Positions 37,502 through 47,494 of a stretch of DNA of 64,000 bases are shown piece after piece (the first letter of the stretch is position 1; every line of letters begins with the position of its first letter). The notes under the pieces are model-generated. The model was not told where the DNA came from. It made no database searches and saw only the letters and a list, made by a program, of their open reading frames with translations. Source of the DNA: an uncultured archaeon (lineage in GTDB: Archaea > Asgardarchaeota > Lokiarchaeia > Sigyniarchaeales > SOKP01); the NCBI GenBank assembly GCA_964508365.1, contig CAZDTP010000003.1, positions 34,589 to 98,588 on the forward strand. Reading direction: 5' to 3'. Made by a program: the position numbers and the translations under genes.

Positions 37502-37709
37502 TTTAATTAACCCCGAGCATATAAAATATGAAAATTCGGTCTTTTAAATTTATCTACTTCGAAATTTATCCTTTTTATCACGCGAACAAGTGGAAATTTG
37601 ATGTATTTTCATTGTAATACTCATATAACATCTATATTAATAATATTAATTTTGATATGTATTATTAGCGTATTATATAGCTAATTACTCCATATTATGG
37701 TAATGATTA

Positions 37710-38852
37710 ATGAACAACGATGAATTTGATCTAAGCGAAATTGTAAAATCTAGAGAATCTGTTAGAACTAGGTTTAATGAGATAGCGCGTCAGAATGTTA
37801 AATCAAATAACGTGTCAAATCTAGATAACGACACTTATCTAGCGGATCTGCTAAAAGTTATAAAAATTAAGTCTTTAGTTATTGGAGTCGGTGGAGCTGG
37901 GAATAACACCGTATCGAGAATGCACGATATTGACTCTGATTACATCGACTCGCTCACTATTAATACGGATGCTCACGATTTATATTACTCAAATTCTAGC
38001 CAGAAACTTTTAATCGGAAAAGAGATTTGCAACGGATTAGGGTCTGGTAATGATCCCAGCATCGGTAGTGCGGCTGCTGAAGAAGATGTAGATCGCCTTT
38101 CTCAAGTGTTAAACGCTGATGTAGTTTTCCTTACTTTTGGCTTGGGTGGTGGTACTGGTACTGGTGCAGCTCCTATTATTGCTAGGGAAGCCAAAAAAAA
38201 TAATGCCACAGTTGTATCGTTTTGTTCAGTACCTTTTAAATCTGAAGGAGTGGAACGAAATTTAAGAGCAAGAAAAGGTCTAGAGGAACTTATGAAATAT
38301 TCTGATACATTAATCCCTATACCAAATGATAATCTTCTCCGATTTAACCAAAAATTACCTATTCTAGCAGGTTTTAAGATTATGGATGAGGTTTTAATCA
38401 GGTGTATTAAAGAAATAATTAATCTAATAAATAACTGTGGTTTGATTAATATTGATTACGCAGATGTTAGAAAAGTTTTAGAAAAAAAGGGAAATTACCC
38501 TTCTGGGCTAATTGGTATTACAGAATCGTTAGGTGAAGAAAGAGATTTAATAAGAAAGTCTAAACTAGCATTACATAATCCTCTTTTAGAACCGGACATA
38601 AAAAAAGTTGATAAATGCATAGTTTCTGTTTCTGGTGATCATCAATTATCGTTATCTAATATTGATAGGATTATTTCAACAATTTCAAGTGAAATCCCCG
38701 AGGATGCATCTCTTAAATTCGGAACTTCATTAAATCCAACCCTAGGATCGAAAATTAGGATTATGGCGTTAGGGCGAGGCCCAATCTCGCCATATGTTCA
38801 AGCGGCAATAGATGGGACTGAATTTCCACACACTCACATAAGCCAGCTGTAA
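37710..38852 (+). CDS. ftsZ: FtsZ/tubulin family GTPase
   Basis: VIGVGGAGNN, INTD, GLGSGNDP, GLGGGTGTG, IPNDNL, GLINIDYADV. Confidence 0.92.
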   Translation: MNNDEFDLSEIVKSRESVRTRFNEIARQNVKSNNVSNLDNDTYLADLLKVIKIKSLVIGVGGAGNNTVSRMHDIDSDYIDSLTINTDAHDLYYSNSSQKLLIGKEICNGLGSGNDPSIGSAAAEEDVDRLSQVLNADVVFLTFGLGGGTGTGAAPIIAREAKKNNATVVSFCSVPFKSEGVERNLRARKGLEELMKYSDTLIPIPNDNLLRFNQKLPILAGFKIMDEVLIRCIKEIINLINNCGLINIDYADVRKVLEKKGNYPSGLIGITESLGEERDLIRKSKLALHNPLLEPDIKKVDKCIVSVSGDHQLSLSNIDRIISTISSEIPEDASLKFGTSLNPTLGSKIRIMALGRGPISPYVQAAIDGTEFPHTHISQL

Positions 38853-38972
38853 AAAATTTTTATGTAAAACGGGTATTTAATAATCAAACTACATCATTCA
38901 TTAAACTTTTTTTTAAAAAAATCTTATAACTAATAACAATTGCGATTAGGTGAATCTATCATCGGAAATAAA

Positions 38973-39410
38973 ATGTCAGAAGAGGATTTAAAAAAAAAAA
39001 TCCGAGATTTTTTAGATAAAAGAAAGATACTCGTACTTTGTACTTGTTCGGATAACACGCCTCGCGCAACACCTATGGATTTTTACATGGATAAGAAATC
39101 TAATGATTTTAATATATATGTAGGACCTGCTCCTGGGAGAAAGGTAAAAAACATCGAAGAAAATCCAAATGTCAGTATTGGGATATATACACCAATGAAC
39201 ACTGGTAAAATACAGGGCATGCAAATTACAGCATCCGGGAAAGAAAGACTGATTTTTTTGAGGGAAGGGGACAAAGATTTTGATGAAGCTCAAAAAATAG
39301 TGCGGGGAAAGAGAAAGCTCCTCTTGAAGATCATTCCAGAGAAAATCGAATTACTAGATTATGATTTCATTAAAAAAGGGTATTCAAGACTTCAATATTT
39401 AGAATTATAG
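38973..39410 (+). CDS. Pyridoxamine 5'-phosphate oxidase-like FMN-binding protein
   Basis: LVLCTCSDNTPRATPM, KVKNIEENPNVSI, GMQITA; ATG 38973 preferred over TTG 38940. Confidence 0.8.
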   Translation: MSEEDLKKKIRDFLDKRKILVLCTCSDNTPRATPMDFYMDKKSNDFNIYVGPAPGRKVKNIEENPNVSIGIYTPMNTGKIQGMQITASGKERLIFLREGDKDFDEAQKIVRGKRKLLLKIIPEKIELLDYDFIKKGYSRLQYLEL

Positions 39411-39714
39411 TAAATTTAAAATCTTAGATACTGAAATTACAAGAGAACTGAAATTAGAAGGAATAGCTAGAAATTTAATAAGAAATATTAATAACCACAG
39501 AAAGAAAATGAGATTATCAACGAAAAACAGAATAAGATTATATTTAAATGCTGAAGACGATGAGATTTTAGCATCAATATCTAAGTATCAAAATTACATC
39601 AAAAAAATGGTACAAGCAGATATAATTTTTGATAAATTAGATAATAACAGAGAGATAAAGATATTTAAAGTAAACCAGAGCGAAGTTTCAACCTATCTCG
39701 AGGTAATAACTTAA
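39403..39714 (+). pseudogene. Stand-alone fragment resembling the C-terminal domain of archaeal/eukaryote-type IleRS
   Basis: Frame open from 39403: LDTEITRELKLEGIARNLIRNINNHRKKMRLSTKNRI; no ATG/GTG/TTG ahead of the conserved part. Confidence 0.6.
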
Positions 39715-39816
39715 TATTACTTATTTATTTTTGAAATTTAAGAAGTGAACATAAAGAAAGAAGAAAGAAATAATATTAGTTCTTAGATGTTATTTTTTAA
39801 AAGTTAATTTTTGGAA

Positions 39817-40125
39817 CTACTTTTTTAACATCAGCTTTATTGCTTCATCAGCATCCATAAGTAACTCCATTGTGTATGTAACTCCTTCTACCGAAGCATA
39901 AAAACTAAATCTTTTAGAAAGAGCAGTAAAACCTTCAACAATTTTATCATCCGGGCATTCATATATAGCGTAAGTTTTATGTCTATCATCAGTTACTTGT
40001 GCTGCCCAAGCTCCTACTTTCTTTAAATAATCAGGATAAACTGGTTTATTTGAAGACATATAGTTTTTTATTACTTCATTAATTTTATGAGGAGGGTATT
40101 TAGATATCATCATTATTTTAGCCAT
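39817..40125 (-). CDS. Hypothetical protein, probable dimeric alpha+beta barrel
   Basis: Short beta-alpha-beta-beta-alpha-beta pattern, YAIYEC. Confidence 0.6.
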   Translation of the reverse strand: MAKIMMISKYPPHKINEVIKNYMSSNKPVYPDYLKKVGAWAAQVTDDRHKTYAIYECPDDKIVEGFTALSKRFSFYASVEGVTYTMELLMDADEAIKLMLKK

Positions 40126-40323
40126 ACAATTTTCACCATTTTACCTATTTTTTAATTTTGGATTAGAAATGTTAAGAAATAGTATGAAATTTCTCTATAA
40201 AAACTTTTACAATTTAGTAAAATAAAAACTCTCAAGTTTTATTATACCACCTTTCAAATTTGATTTCCTTAATTTAGAAGAAAAGATTTTAGGAAATCAT
40301 TAATTGTACTAATTAAATATCAG

Positions 40324-43311
40324 ATGATCATCAACACCAAGCTTTTGATTAATATGTTATCCGATGAAGATAGAAAGCAATTAAAAGGCGCTAATAACGA
40401 TAAAGAGCTTAAAAAAATATTCAAATTAATCGCATCAAATAATCCCGACGAATTCTTTCCAACCGAGGAACTGAAACATTTGGGTTACATTAGAAGGCAA
40501 TGTGAATGTTGCGGTGTTTATTTCTGGACCACCATCAATGAAAGAAAGGTATGTGGAGATCCTGTTTGTTCTGGGGGATTTCAAGTCACTATTAATAATC
40601 CTGCGAAAGTAAAGCTCTCCTATATTGGTGTATGGAAAAAAATTGTTGAGATACTAGAGCCTCGGGGGTACGTCCCTATTAAAAGATACCCCTGCGTAGC
40701 AAGATGGAACCCTACTTCAGAATTCACTATAGCATCAATTTCTGCTTTTCAACCTTATGTTATTACGGGTGAAGTTGAACCACCTGCAAAAAAATTAATA
40801 ATACCTCAATTCTGTTTAAGATTTAATGATATTGAAAATGTAGGAGTAACTTCAAGCCACAACACTGGCTTCGTAATGATAGGGCAGCATTTTTTTGGTA
40901 CATCTTTAGAGTGGAATCAAGGAGAATTCTTTTTAGACATTCATGCTTTTATCCACGAAGGTGTAGGTTTACCAAAGGAAGAAATCACGATTCACGAAGA
41001 CAGCTGGGCAGGAGGTGGCTCCTTTGGATGTAGTCTTGAATTTTTTAGTCGAGGAGTCGAATTGTTCAATCAAGTGTATACTATGTTTGAGCAAACTCCA
41101 GATGGCCCTCGAGAATTGAGTTTAAAAGTTTTAGATATGGGGCTAGGTCAAGAACGTGTAGCATGGTTCTCCCAAGGAACTCCAAACATTTACGAAGCAA
41201 CATTTCCATTTGTGATCTCTAAATTAAAAGACATTACCAAAGTTAAAACACATTTTGAGTTATATAATAAATTTTCGAGATACTCTGCTTATTTAAACAT
41301 AGATGAAGTAGACGACATGGATGCAGCCTGGGAGAAAGTAGGAATAGAGCTTAATATAGATGTAAATGAGTTGAAAGAAAAGATTTTACCTATGACAGCG
41401 ATATACTCTATTGCTGACCATGCTAGGACTTTACTATTTGCAATAAACGATGGAAAACTACCCTCAAATGTTGGGGGAGGATACAACCTAAGAGTTATAT
41501 TAAGACGCGCTTTAAGTTTTATCGATAAATTTGGTTGGGATATCGAAATTTCTGATGTTTGTAATTGGCATGCGAAAGAACTGAAAGAACTATTTCCGGA
41601 AGTTTCTGAACGGTTAGATGAAATAAAGAAGATTTTGAGCGTTGAAAAAGAGAAGTTTTATACTACAAAACGAAAAGCGAGTAAAATGCTAGAAAAATTA
41701 CTTGCTGAAGGAGATATTTCTACCGAAACATTGATAGAAATTTATGATTCAAGAGGCATAAATCCAGAGATGGTTAAAGAAATGGCGACAAAATTTGGCA
41801 AAAAAATCAAAATTCCTGACAATTTTTATAGTCTAGTAGTAGAAAGACACGAAAATAGAGAAAAAATCGACGCTATATTAGACGAAATCAAATTAGACTT
41901 AAATAATGTTTTAGAAACCAAATCTCTTTACTATTACAATTATACTGAGACATCTAACAATGCTAAAGTATTAAAACTAATTGGAAATAATGTAATCCTT
42001 GATCAATCCGTTGCTTATCCAACATCCGGTGGGCAGGAACATGATGTTGGAACTATTAATGGTCAAAAATTCAATAATGTGTTTAAACAGGGTACTCACG
42101 TTATTCATGTTTTATCTGAAAAACCTAAATTCAAAGAAGGAGATATGGTTAAAGTTGAAGTTGATAAAAAGTGGCGCACACAACTTTCTCAACATCATAC
42201 TGCTACTCATATTGTAAATGCTGCAGCTCGTTTTGTATTGGGGGCCCATATTAATCAAGCTGGAGCGAAGAAGACTATGAAACATTCCACCTTGGATATT
42301 ACTCATTACGAACAGATTTCTCGAGAAGATCTGTTAAAAATAGAAAAAAAAGCAAATGAAATAGTTGACAATGCAATTGATATGAAACTCTTTTTTATAC
42401 CCCGTTCTGAGGCTGAACAGAAATATGGTATGGCAATTTACCAAGGAGGTGCTGTTCCTGGAAAAAGCATTAGAATCGTTGAGATTCCAGATGTGGATGT
42501 AGAAGCTTGTGGTGGTACGCATTTGAATAATACTTCAGAGACAGGGAGAATTAAAATAATTAAATCACAAAAAATACAAGACGGAATTGTCAGATTAACA
42601 TTTACAGCAGGCTCAGCGACTAAGGAACTTGAAGGAGAGGAATCTCGAATCTTGGATCAATTAAAAACTTTATTGGATGTTCCACAGAATCAAATTGTTG
42701 GACGAGTTGAAGAGTTATTAGAAAAGTGGAAAAATTTAAACAAATCACTACAAACTGGAAAAGTAAATGAAAAAGATCTAACGCTTAAATCAGAGCTTAT
42801 ACACGAAACGAAGATTTTAACAGAATTATCGAGAATTTTAAACACAAAAAAAGAAGATATTCCTCTAAAAGTAAATAAAATCTATTCTGAATGGAAAAAT
42901 GCCAAATCTAAATTAAAAGATATAGAAGATTTGTATAACAAAGAATCCATTAAGCTCCTTGTCGAATCAGCAATTCCTTTGATGGACACAAAAATGATTC
43001 TTAAAACCTTCGATAATCTTTCTTTAAAAGATATTAAAAATCTTAGCGTGAATATTCTCCATATGTCTGAGGAATTAAGCACAATTATTATAAACAAAGA
43101 TGAGAAGGGAATAAAAGTTATTGGAATGGTTGGTAAAGAACTTTTGAAAAAATCTGATTTCAACATGGGTAGTCTTGTTAAAAAAATCGCTTCAAAATAC
43201 GGTGGCAAGGGCGGCGGTAAGAAAGATTATGGTCAAGTTTTTATCGGAGACATAGGTTTAGAAGTTGAAGAATTATTAAATTTTGTAAGAAAGATTTTAT
43301 CGAATTATTAG
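40324..43311 (+). CDS. alaS: Alanine--tRNA ligase, archaeal type
   Basis: CECCGVYFWT...CGDPVC, IASISAFQP, QFCLRFND, DMGLGQER, ADHAR, editing HHTATH and EACGGTH, GGKGGG; likely ATG at 40354. Confidence 0.96.
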   Translation: MIINTKLLINMLSDEDRKQLKGANNDKELKKIFKLIASNNPDEFFPTEELKHLGYIRRQCECCGVYFWTTINERKVCGDPVCSGGFQVTINNPAKVKLSYIGVWKKIVEILEPRGYVPIKRYPCVARWNPTSEFTIASISAFQPYVITGEVEPPAKKLIIPQFCLRFNDIENVGVTSSHNTGFVMIGQHFFGTSLEWNQGEFFLDIHAFIHEGVGLPKEEITIHEDSWAGGGSFGCSLEFFSRGVELFNQVYTMFEQTPDGPRELSLKVLDMGLGQERVAWFSQGTPNIYEATFPFVISKLKDITKVKTHFELYNKFSRYSAYLNIDEVDDMDAAWEKVGIELNIDVNELKEKILPMTAIYSIADHARTLLFAINDGKLPSNVGGGYNLRVILRRALSFIDKFGWDIEISDVCNWHAKELKELFPEVSERLDEIKKILSVEKEKFYTTKRKASKMLEKLLAEGDISTETLIEIYDSRGINPEMVKEMATKFGKKIKIPDNFYSLVVERHENREKIDAILDEIKLDLNNVLETKSLYYYNYTETSNNAKVLKLIGNNVILDQSVAYPTSGGQEHDVGTINGQKFNNVFKQGTHVIHVLSEKPKFKEGDMVKVEVDKKWRTQLSQHHTATHIVNAAARFVLGAHINQAGAKKTMKHSTLDITHYEQISREDLLKIEKKANEIVDNAIDMKLFFIPRSEAEQKYGMAIYQGGAVPGKSIRIVEIPDVDVEACGGTHLNNTSETGRIKIIKSQKIQDGIVRLTFTAGSATKELEGEESRILDQLKTLLDVPQNQIVGRVEELLEKWKNLNKSLQTGKVNEKDLTLKSELIHETKILTELSRILNTKKEDIPLKVNKIYSEWKNAKSKLKDIEDLYNKESIKLLVESAIPLMDTKMILKTFDNLSLKDIKNLSVNILHMSEELSTIIINKDEKGIKVIGMVGKELLKKSDFNMGSLVKKIASKYGGKGGGKKDYGQVFIGDIGLEVEELLNFVRKILSNY

Positions 43312-43405
43312 TATCCGAATATATATTTAAAAAATTTCTTTACAAAATCTGCTTTTTTTTAGATTAGGATATCTTTCTGAACTATATAGAATCTATATAT
43401 TATGT

Positions 43406-43421
43406 CGAAATTATTTAAATA
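43406..43421 (+). promoter_or_regulatory. Putative BRE/TATA promoter of the two small ORFs
   Basis: CGAAA followed by TTATTTAAATA, about 50 nt before ATG 43472. Confidence 0.45.
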
Positions 43422-43471
43422 AGAACGAAATCTCTTATAATATAAGAAAAAACGAAGAAATTAGATGAACT

Positions 43472-43633
43472 ATGTTTGAAGAAATCTTAGATGAAATGAA
43501 CGAAAAGGTAGAAGATCATCCAGAACTCAAGAGGAATTATACGGAAACACCTTTTGAAAAATCAATTGATATTATTCTGGATCAGATTAATTTAGATATA
43601 GTTAAAATCTTAAGATATAACAGAATTGAATAG
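43472..43633 (+). CDS. Small hypothetical protein (53 aa), below the ORF-track cutoff
   Basis: MFEEILDEMNEKVEDHPELKRNYTETPFEKSIDIILDQINLDIVKILRYNRIE; amphipathic; promoter upstream. Confidence 0.55.
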   Translation: MFEEILDEMNEKVEDHPELKRNYTETPFEKSIDIILDQINLDIVKILRYNRIE

Positions 43634-43644
43634 TGAAATTTAAT

Positions 43645-43806
43645 ATGAAGTTAGTATATCAAGAATTTATATGTCCTGAATGTGGCCAAGTTAGATGGCT
43701 AAAAGTTGAAAATATGTGCGTAGATTGTAAAGATAAGCTGTTTTTAGATGAAGTGTCTCAATCTAGAAAAGAGCAACATGTTTTTAACGAGCAAATATGT
43801 TTTTAA
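43645..43806 (+). CDS. Small zinc-ribbon protein (53 aa), below the ORF-track cutoff
   Basis: MKLVYQEFICPECGQVRWLKVENMCVDCKDKLF...; two CxxC motifs. Confidence 0.7.
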   Translation: MKLVYQEFICPECGQVRWLKVENMCVDCKDKLFLDEVSQSRKEQHVFNEQICF

Positions 43807-43983
43807 AAAAAAGGTAGAAACTTACCTTAATAACTTAATTTTTTAATTTAAGATTTTTTATTTAGAATTTATTAGATTGGTTTTCTTAGAATTTAATTAA
43901 ATTCATTAATATTGTTAAAATTTTATATACATTAAAACACCTTATATATATAATAGTTTGTTAAGAGATGGAGATGAGAGATT

Positions 43984-44790
43984 TTGGTTGAAATTGTTCA
44001 TATTTCTGACTTACATTATGGTAGCGAGTTTGTTAGTGAGTATCTTGAAAATATTATAAGTTTTATCAGGGACGAAAAGCCAGATGTGGTAGTGTGTACT
44101 GGGGATTTAGTTCATAAAGGGAGAGTTACTCAATTTCAAGCGATTCTTCCTTATATTCAGAGAATAAGGAGTATCACCAAATTTTTAGTAGTGCCAGGTA
44201 ACCACGATGCGAAAAATTCAGGTATAATTTACTTCGAGAAAATAATTGGGCCTCGACGCTCCAGATTAGTAATGGATGAATTGGACACCATAATTGTTGG
44301 AGTCTGCTCAGCGAGGGATGACATGAGCGAAGGAATGATTGGGGACGAACAGCTAGACTACCTCGGCAGGAGCTTCAATAAAAACTTAGAAAATAGGATA
44401 ATGGCACTTCACCATCACTTAATACCTGTACCTCTTTCAGGGCAAAAATTCACAACAGTGAGAGATGCGGGAGAAATTCTCGAGTTTACCCAACTATTCG
44501 AACTAGATTTGGTTTTAATGGGACATAGACACGTTCCACATGCTTATGTAATCGGACCAACAACATTCCTCTACTGTGGCACATCTGCTTCTAATAAAGT
44601 GAGAGCAGACGATAGTCCTAGCTTCAATCACATTTTTTTAAATGAGGGTGATATCGAAGTCTATATGGTTAATTCAACAAATCTCGAAAAACACCTACTA
44701 CTGGAACGAAAATTAAGTCGTACTAAATTTGTTAGACCACGAAGAACGCGAATAGAGCATCTATTAAGCTCTGATGTATGGGATGATTAA
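43984..44790 (+). CDS. Calcineurin-like metallophosphoesterase
   Basis: HISDLH, TGDLV, PGNHD, LHHH, GHRH. Confidence 0.92.
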   Translation: MVEIVHISDLHYGSEFVSEYLENIISFIRDEKPDVVVCTGDLVHKGRVTQFQAILPYIQRIRSITKFLVVPGNHDAKNSGIIYFEKIIGPRRSRLVMDELDTIIVGVCSARDDMSEGMIGDEQLDYLGRSFNKNLENRIMALHHHLIPVPLSGQKFTTVRDAGEILEFTQLFELDLVLMGHRHVPHAYVIGPTTFLYCGTSASNKVRADDSPSFNHIFLNEGDIEVYMVNSTNLEKHLLLERKLSRTKFVRPRRTRIEHLLSSDVWDD

Positions 44791-44792
44791 AA

Positions 44793-45212
44793 ATGGCAAG
44801 ACCTATAACTCCAATAGTGGCTGTTGATGCGGTTATAAGATTTAAAAAAACTTCGATAGTGCTAATTCGGAGGAAAAATCCCCCCTTTAAAGGAGAGTTC
44901 GCTTTACCTGGAGGATTTGTTGATGTTGGAGAGAGCGTCGAGGACGCGTGTATTAGAGAAGCTTATGAAGAAACAAATATTAAGGTAAAAATTAAAAAAC
45001 TGATTGGTGTTTTTTCAGCACCCAATAGAGATCCTAGAGGACATACCATATCAGTAGCTTATTTATGTGAACCATTAACAAATTCAGAGAAGCCAATGGC
45101 CAAAGACGATGCTCAGTCTTTAAAAATTGTAAAATTAACAGATATTTCATCTTTAAAACTAGCGTTTGATCATAAAGATATCATAAATGCGTCAGGTATT
45201 ATTAAGATTTAG
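44793..45212 (+). CDS. Nudix hydrolase (ADP-ribose pyrophosphatase-like)
   Basis: LPGGFVDVGESVEDACIREAYEET Nudix box, RDPRGH, LAFDH. Confidence 0.92.
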   Translation: MARPITPIVAVDAVIRFKKTSIVLIRRKNPPFKGEFALPGGFVDVGESVEDACIREAYEETNIKVKIKKLIGVFSAPNRDPRGHTISVAYLCEPLTNSEKPMAKDDAQSLKIVKLTDISSLKLAFDHKDIINASGIIKI

Positions 45213-45227
45213 AAAGTATATTATCAT

Positions 45228-46001
45228 TTAATCGAAAATCTTTTTATAACACTCGCAACAAGGAATTCCAAGACTAATTTTATTGGAGTAATCAACTCTT
45301 ATTTCCTCAATATTATTAACTAATCTGATTAGGCTCTCTTTAAATTTCAATACTTCGGGATCCAAAATATTTTTATATATATTTTTTAATCCAACATTGT
45401 TATGAATTCTCTTTTTGCAAATGGGGCATCGATCAAAGAAATTTTTTAACCTTATCAATTGCTCGTCTTCTTTATTAATAGTTAAACGAAAGTGAGATAA
45501 AGTGTGTCCTGGATGTAGTGTTATAATTAATTTCTTAAATATTTCCTCTAAATTTTCTTCTAGACTTAATAGCGAGGTGTGTTCGATATATACGAGGTCT
45601 TCCTCAGCTATCAAGTTATTAATCGCTTCTTCTGATACTTCCCTATTTGCTAAATTGGCTTTGATCCCAATTAAAATAATTGGAATATCATTCACATTCT
45701 CCTTAAAAAGAGTTATCCACCTATTTAAGTCGGAGAAAGTTTCTTTATTAGATATGTTAAAGCATAACAATCCTGTACAGGCACCTCGACAGAATACAGG
45801 AAAAAGAAACCTAAATCTTTTGCTATCTTTCAAATCCCAAATAATAAACTTATAGTTATCTTCCTCATTAACTTGACATTCCACAGATTTAAACGAAACA
45901 CCAATCGGGCTTCCGTTATTTCCATTATTATCAATAACGGTATTTTTACCCGAGTTAAATGATCCTCCTAAAACCAATTTTAACTTATAAGATTTGGGCA
46001 T
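45228..46001 (-). CDS. Degenerate Rab/Ras-like small GTPase fused to a C-terminal Cys-rich domain
   Basis: KLVLGGSFNSGKN, FIIWDLKD, LLCFNIS, LIGIKAN; C-terminal CPIC...PCCEC. Confidence 0.8.
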   Translation of the reverse strand: MPKSYKLKLVLGGSFNSGKNTVIDNNGNNGSPIGVSFKSVECQVNEEDNYKFIIWDLKDSKRFRFLFPVFCRGACTGLLCFNISNKETFSDLNRWITLFKENVNDIPIILIGIKANLANREVSEEAINNLIAEEDLVYIEHTSLLSLEENLEEIFKKLIITLHPGHTLSHFRLTINKEDEQLIRLKNFFDRCPICKKRIHNNVGLKNIYKNILDPEVLKFKESLIRLVNNIEEIRVDYSNKISLGIPCCECYKKIFD

Positions 46002-46082
46002 TTTAACTATTCTCGTTAATTACTCGAGGACATATTATAAGGCTTCATGTTCTAATAAAAATCCACTCTAAAAAATATTACT

Positions 46083-46475
46083 CTATTTAATTTCAAATAA
46101 ATTCCCATAAAAATCTTTTAAAAATAAGTAGAAACTATCACTATTTTTTCTAGGTACTTGAATCACTTCAAAATTTAATTCTTTCGCTCTTTCGATTAAT
46201 TTATTACGATCCTCAACGATTAAGCAAGTATGGGTAAATTTATCTTGTGCTTGATTTTTATCGTCAGTTATAAACGCTTCCACGCCCAAATCTTCATTTT
46301 CATATCTAAGAACCCTCTGTTCCTTCTTAATATTAAAAAATTTTTCCATTAAGTCATCAGATACTACAAAGGATCTAACTTTTTTCATATTTAAGAGATT
46401 AATGAAAAATTCATCTGCCTTTTCTTCGCTATTTGAGCTTACTGCAATATGCTCTATTTTCAAAATTAATATCAC
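46083..46475 (-). CDS. VOC/glyoxalase family protein
   Basis: IEHIAV, VEAF, HTCL, FLKDFYGNLFEI. Confidence 0.85.
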   Translation of the reverse strand: MILILKIEHIAVSSNSEEKADEFFINLLNMKKVRSFVVSDDLMEKFFNIKKEQRVLRYENEDLGVEAFITDDKNQAQDKFTHTCLIVEDRNKLIERAKELNFEVIQVPRKNSDSFYLFLKDFYGNLFEIK

Positions 46476-46601
46476 TTATCTTTTTGAGTTTTTCTGAAAT
46501 TTATTAATGTATTACTTATCTTAAATGAAACTTTAATAATTTTTAGTGTTTAATATTTATTAATTTTAAATTGAGTAGCTAGAAAGTTAAGGGATTCTTG
46601 G

Positions 46602-47465
46602 ATGACTAATGTAACTTCAGAAATGTTTTTGAATAAACTATTTAGTGTTGTATACAAACTATATACTATTGCAAAAACACAATCCGAACGGCTTAAAAAG
46701 GAATGGGATGAAGATTTCGCCTTATTAACTGAAAAACCTCATTTAGTTCGCTACATTCGAGCTGAAAAAGAACAATTTCTGACCAATATAGATTATCGTA
46801 TTAAAATTCTAAACACTATAAAGTTATCGTTTGAGGATGGATTCTATTCTATAAAATCCATATTAAATGCTCTATATCATTCGTATTTTAAGGATTCAGA
46901 AATCTTTACACAGAATTTTTTTGGAGAGGATCAAAATAAACTCAAGTACTTAGTGGCTAAAGAAATTTTGGGAAATTTAATTCAGTACAATCAACTTGAT
47001 CATGAAACTGTACCAGTAAAATATAATATCCTAGCAAGAAATTACTTATTAATTAAATTTAAAGAACAGAGCGCTAAAGATATCAATGAGAACCTAAAAA
47101 AAATTAAAATAGCACTTAAACTCCCAGAATTAAAAAAAATCTTGAATGAGATAATTGCTGAAGGATTTTTAAAAAAAAAAAAGGTGGGCAAAATTATGTA
47201 TTACAGTTTAAAACAGGAATTAGAATTGTCGGAAAAAGGTAAAGCAACTTACAATCAAACTATACGACCATTAGTAGATTGGCCAACTTTGTTTTATCGT
47301 AGCTATTATAATATAAGAGAGTTAAATGTTACAGTGGATGACGATTCTAAGCATCCAGAGTTCCTCAATACAGTTTTACAAAAAGCAGCTACACAAGGTT
47401 ATACTGCTTGCCACTATGTCTTTAAAAATTTAGTAAAATATTACGAGAAATTAAAAGATGAGTAG
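46602..47465 (+). CDS. Hypothetical protein with a winged-helix-like C-terminal segment
   Basis: Long clean ORF; LKKILNEIIAEGFL...YYSL...ELSEKGK pattern. Confidence 0.6.
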   Translation: MTNVTSEMFLNKLFSVVYKLYTIAKTQSERLKKEWDEDFALLTEKPHLVRYIRAEKEQFLTNIDYRIKILNTIKLSFEDGFYSIKSILNALYHSYFKDSEIFTQNFFGEDQNKLKYLVAKEILGNLIQYNQLDHETVPVKYNILARNYLLIKFKEQSAKDINENLKKIKIALKLPELKKILNEIIAEGFLKKKKVGKIMYYSLKQELELSEKGKATYNQTIRPLVDWPTLFYRSYYNIRELNVTVDDDSKHPEFLNTVLQKAATQGYTACHYVFKNLVKYYEKLKDE

Positions 47466-47494
47466 TATTTTTCCGCTGTGAATATTAATCCTGC

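Noticed and set aside
47166-47182. T5-A12 run as a programmed frameshift site, and similar poly-A runs elsewhere
   Set aside because: The ORF continues intact through Lys codons, and such runs are frequent in this AT-rich sequence
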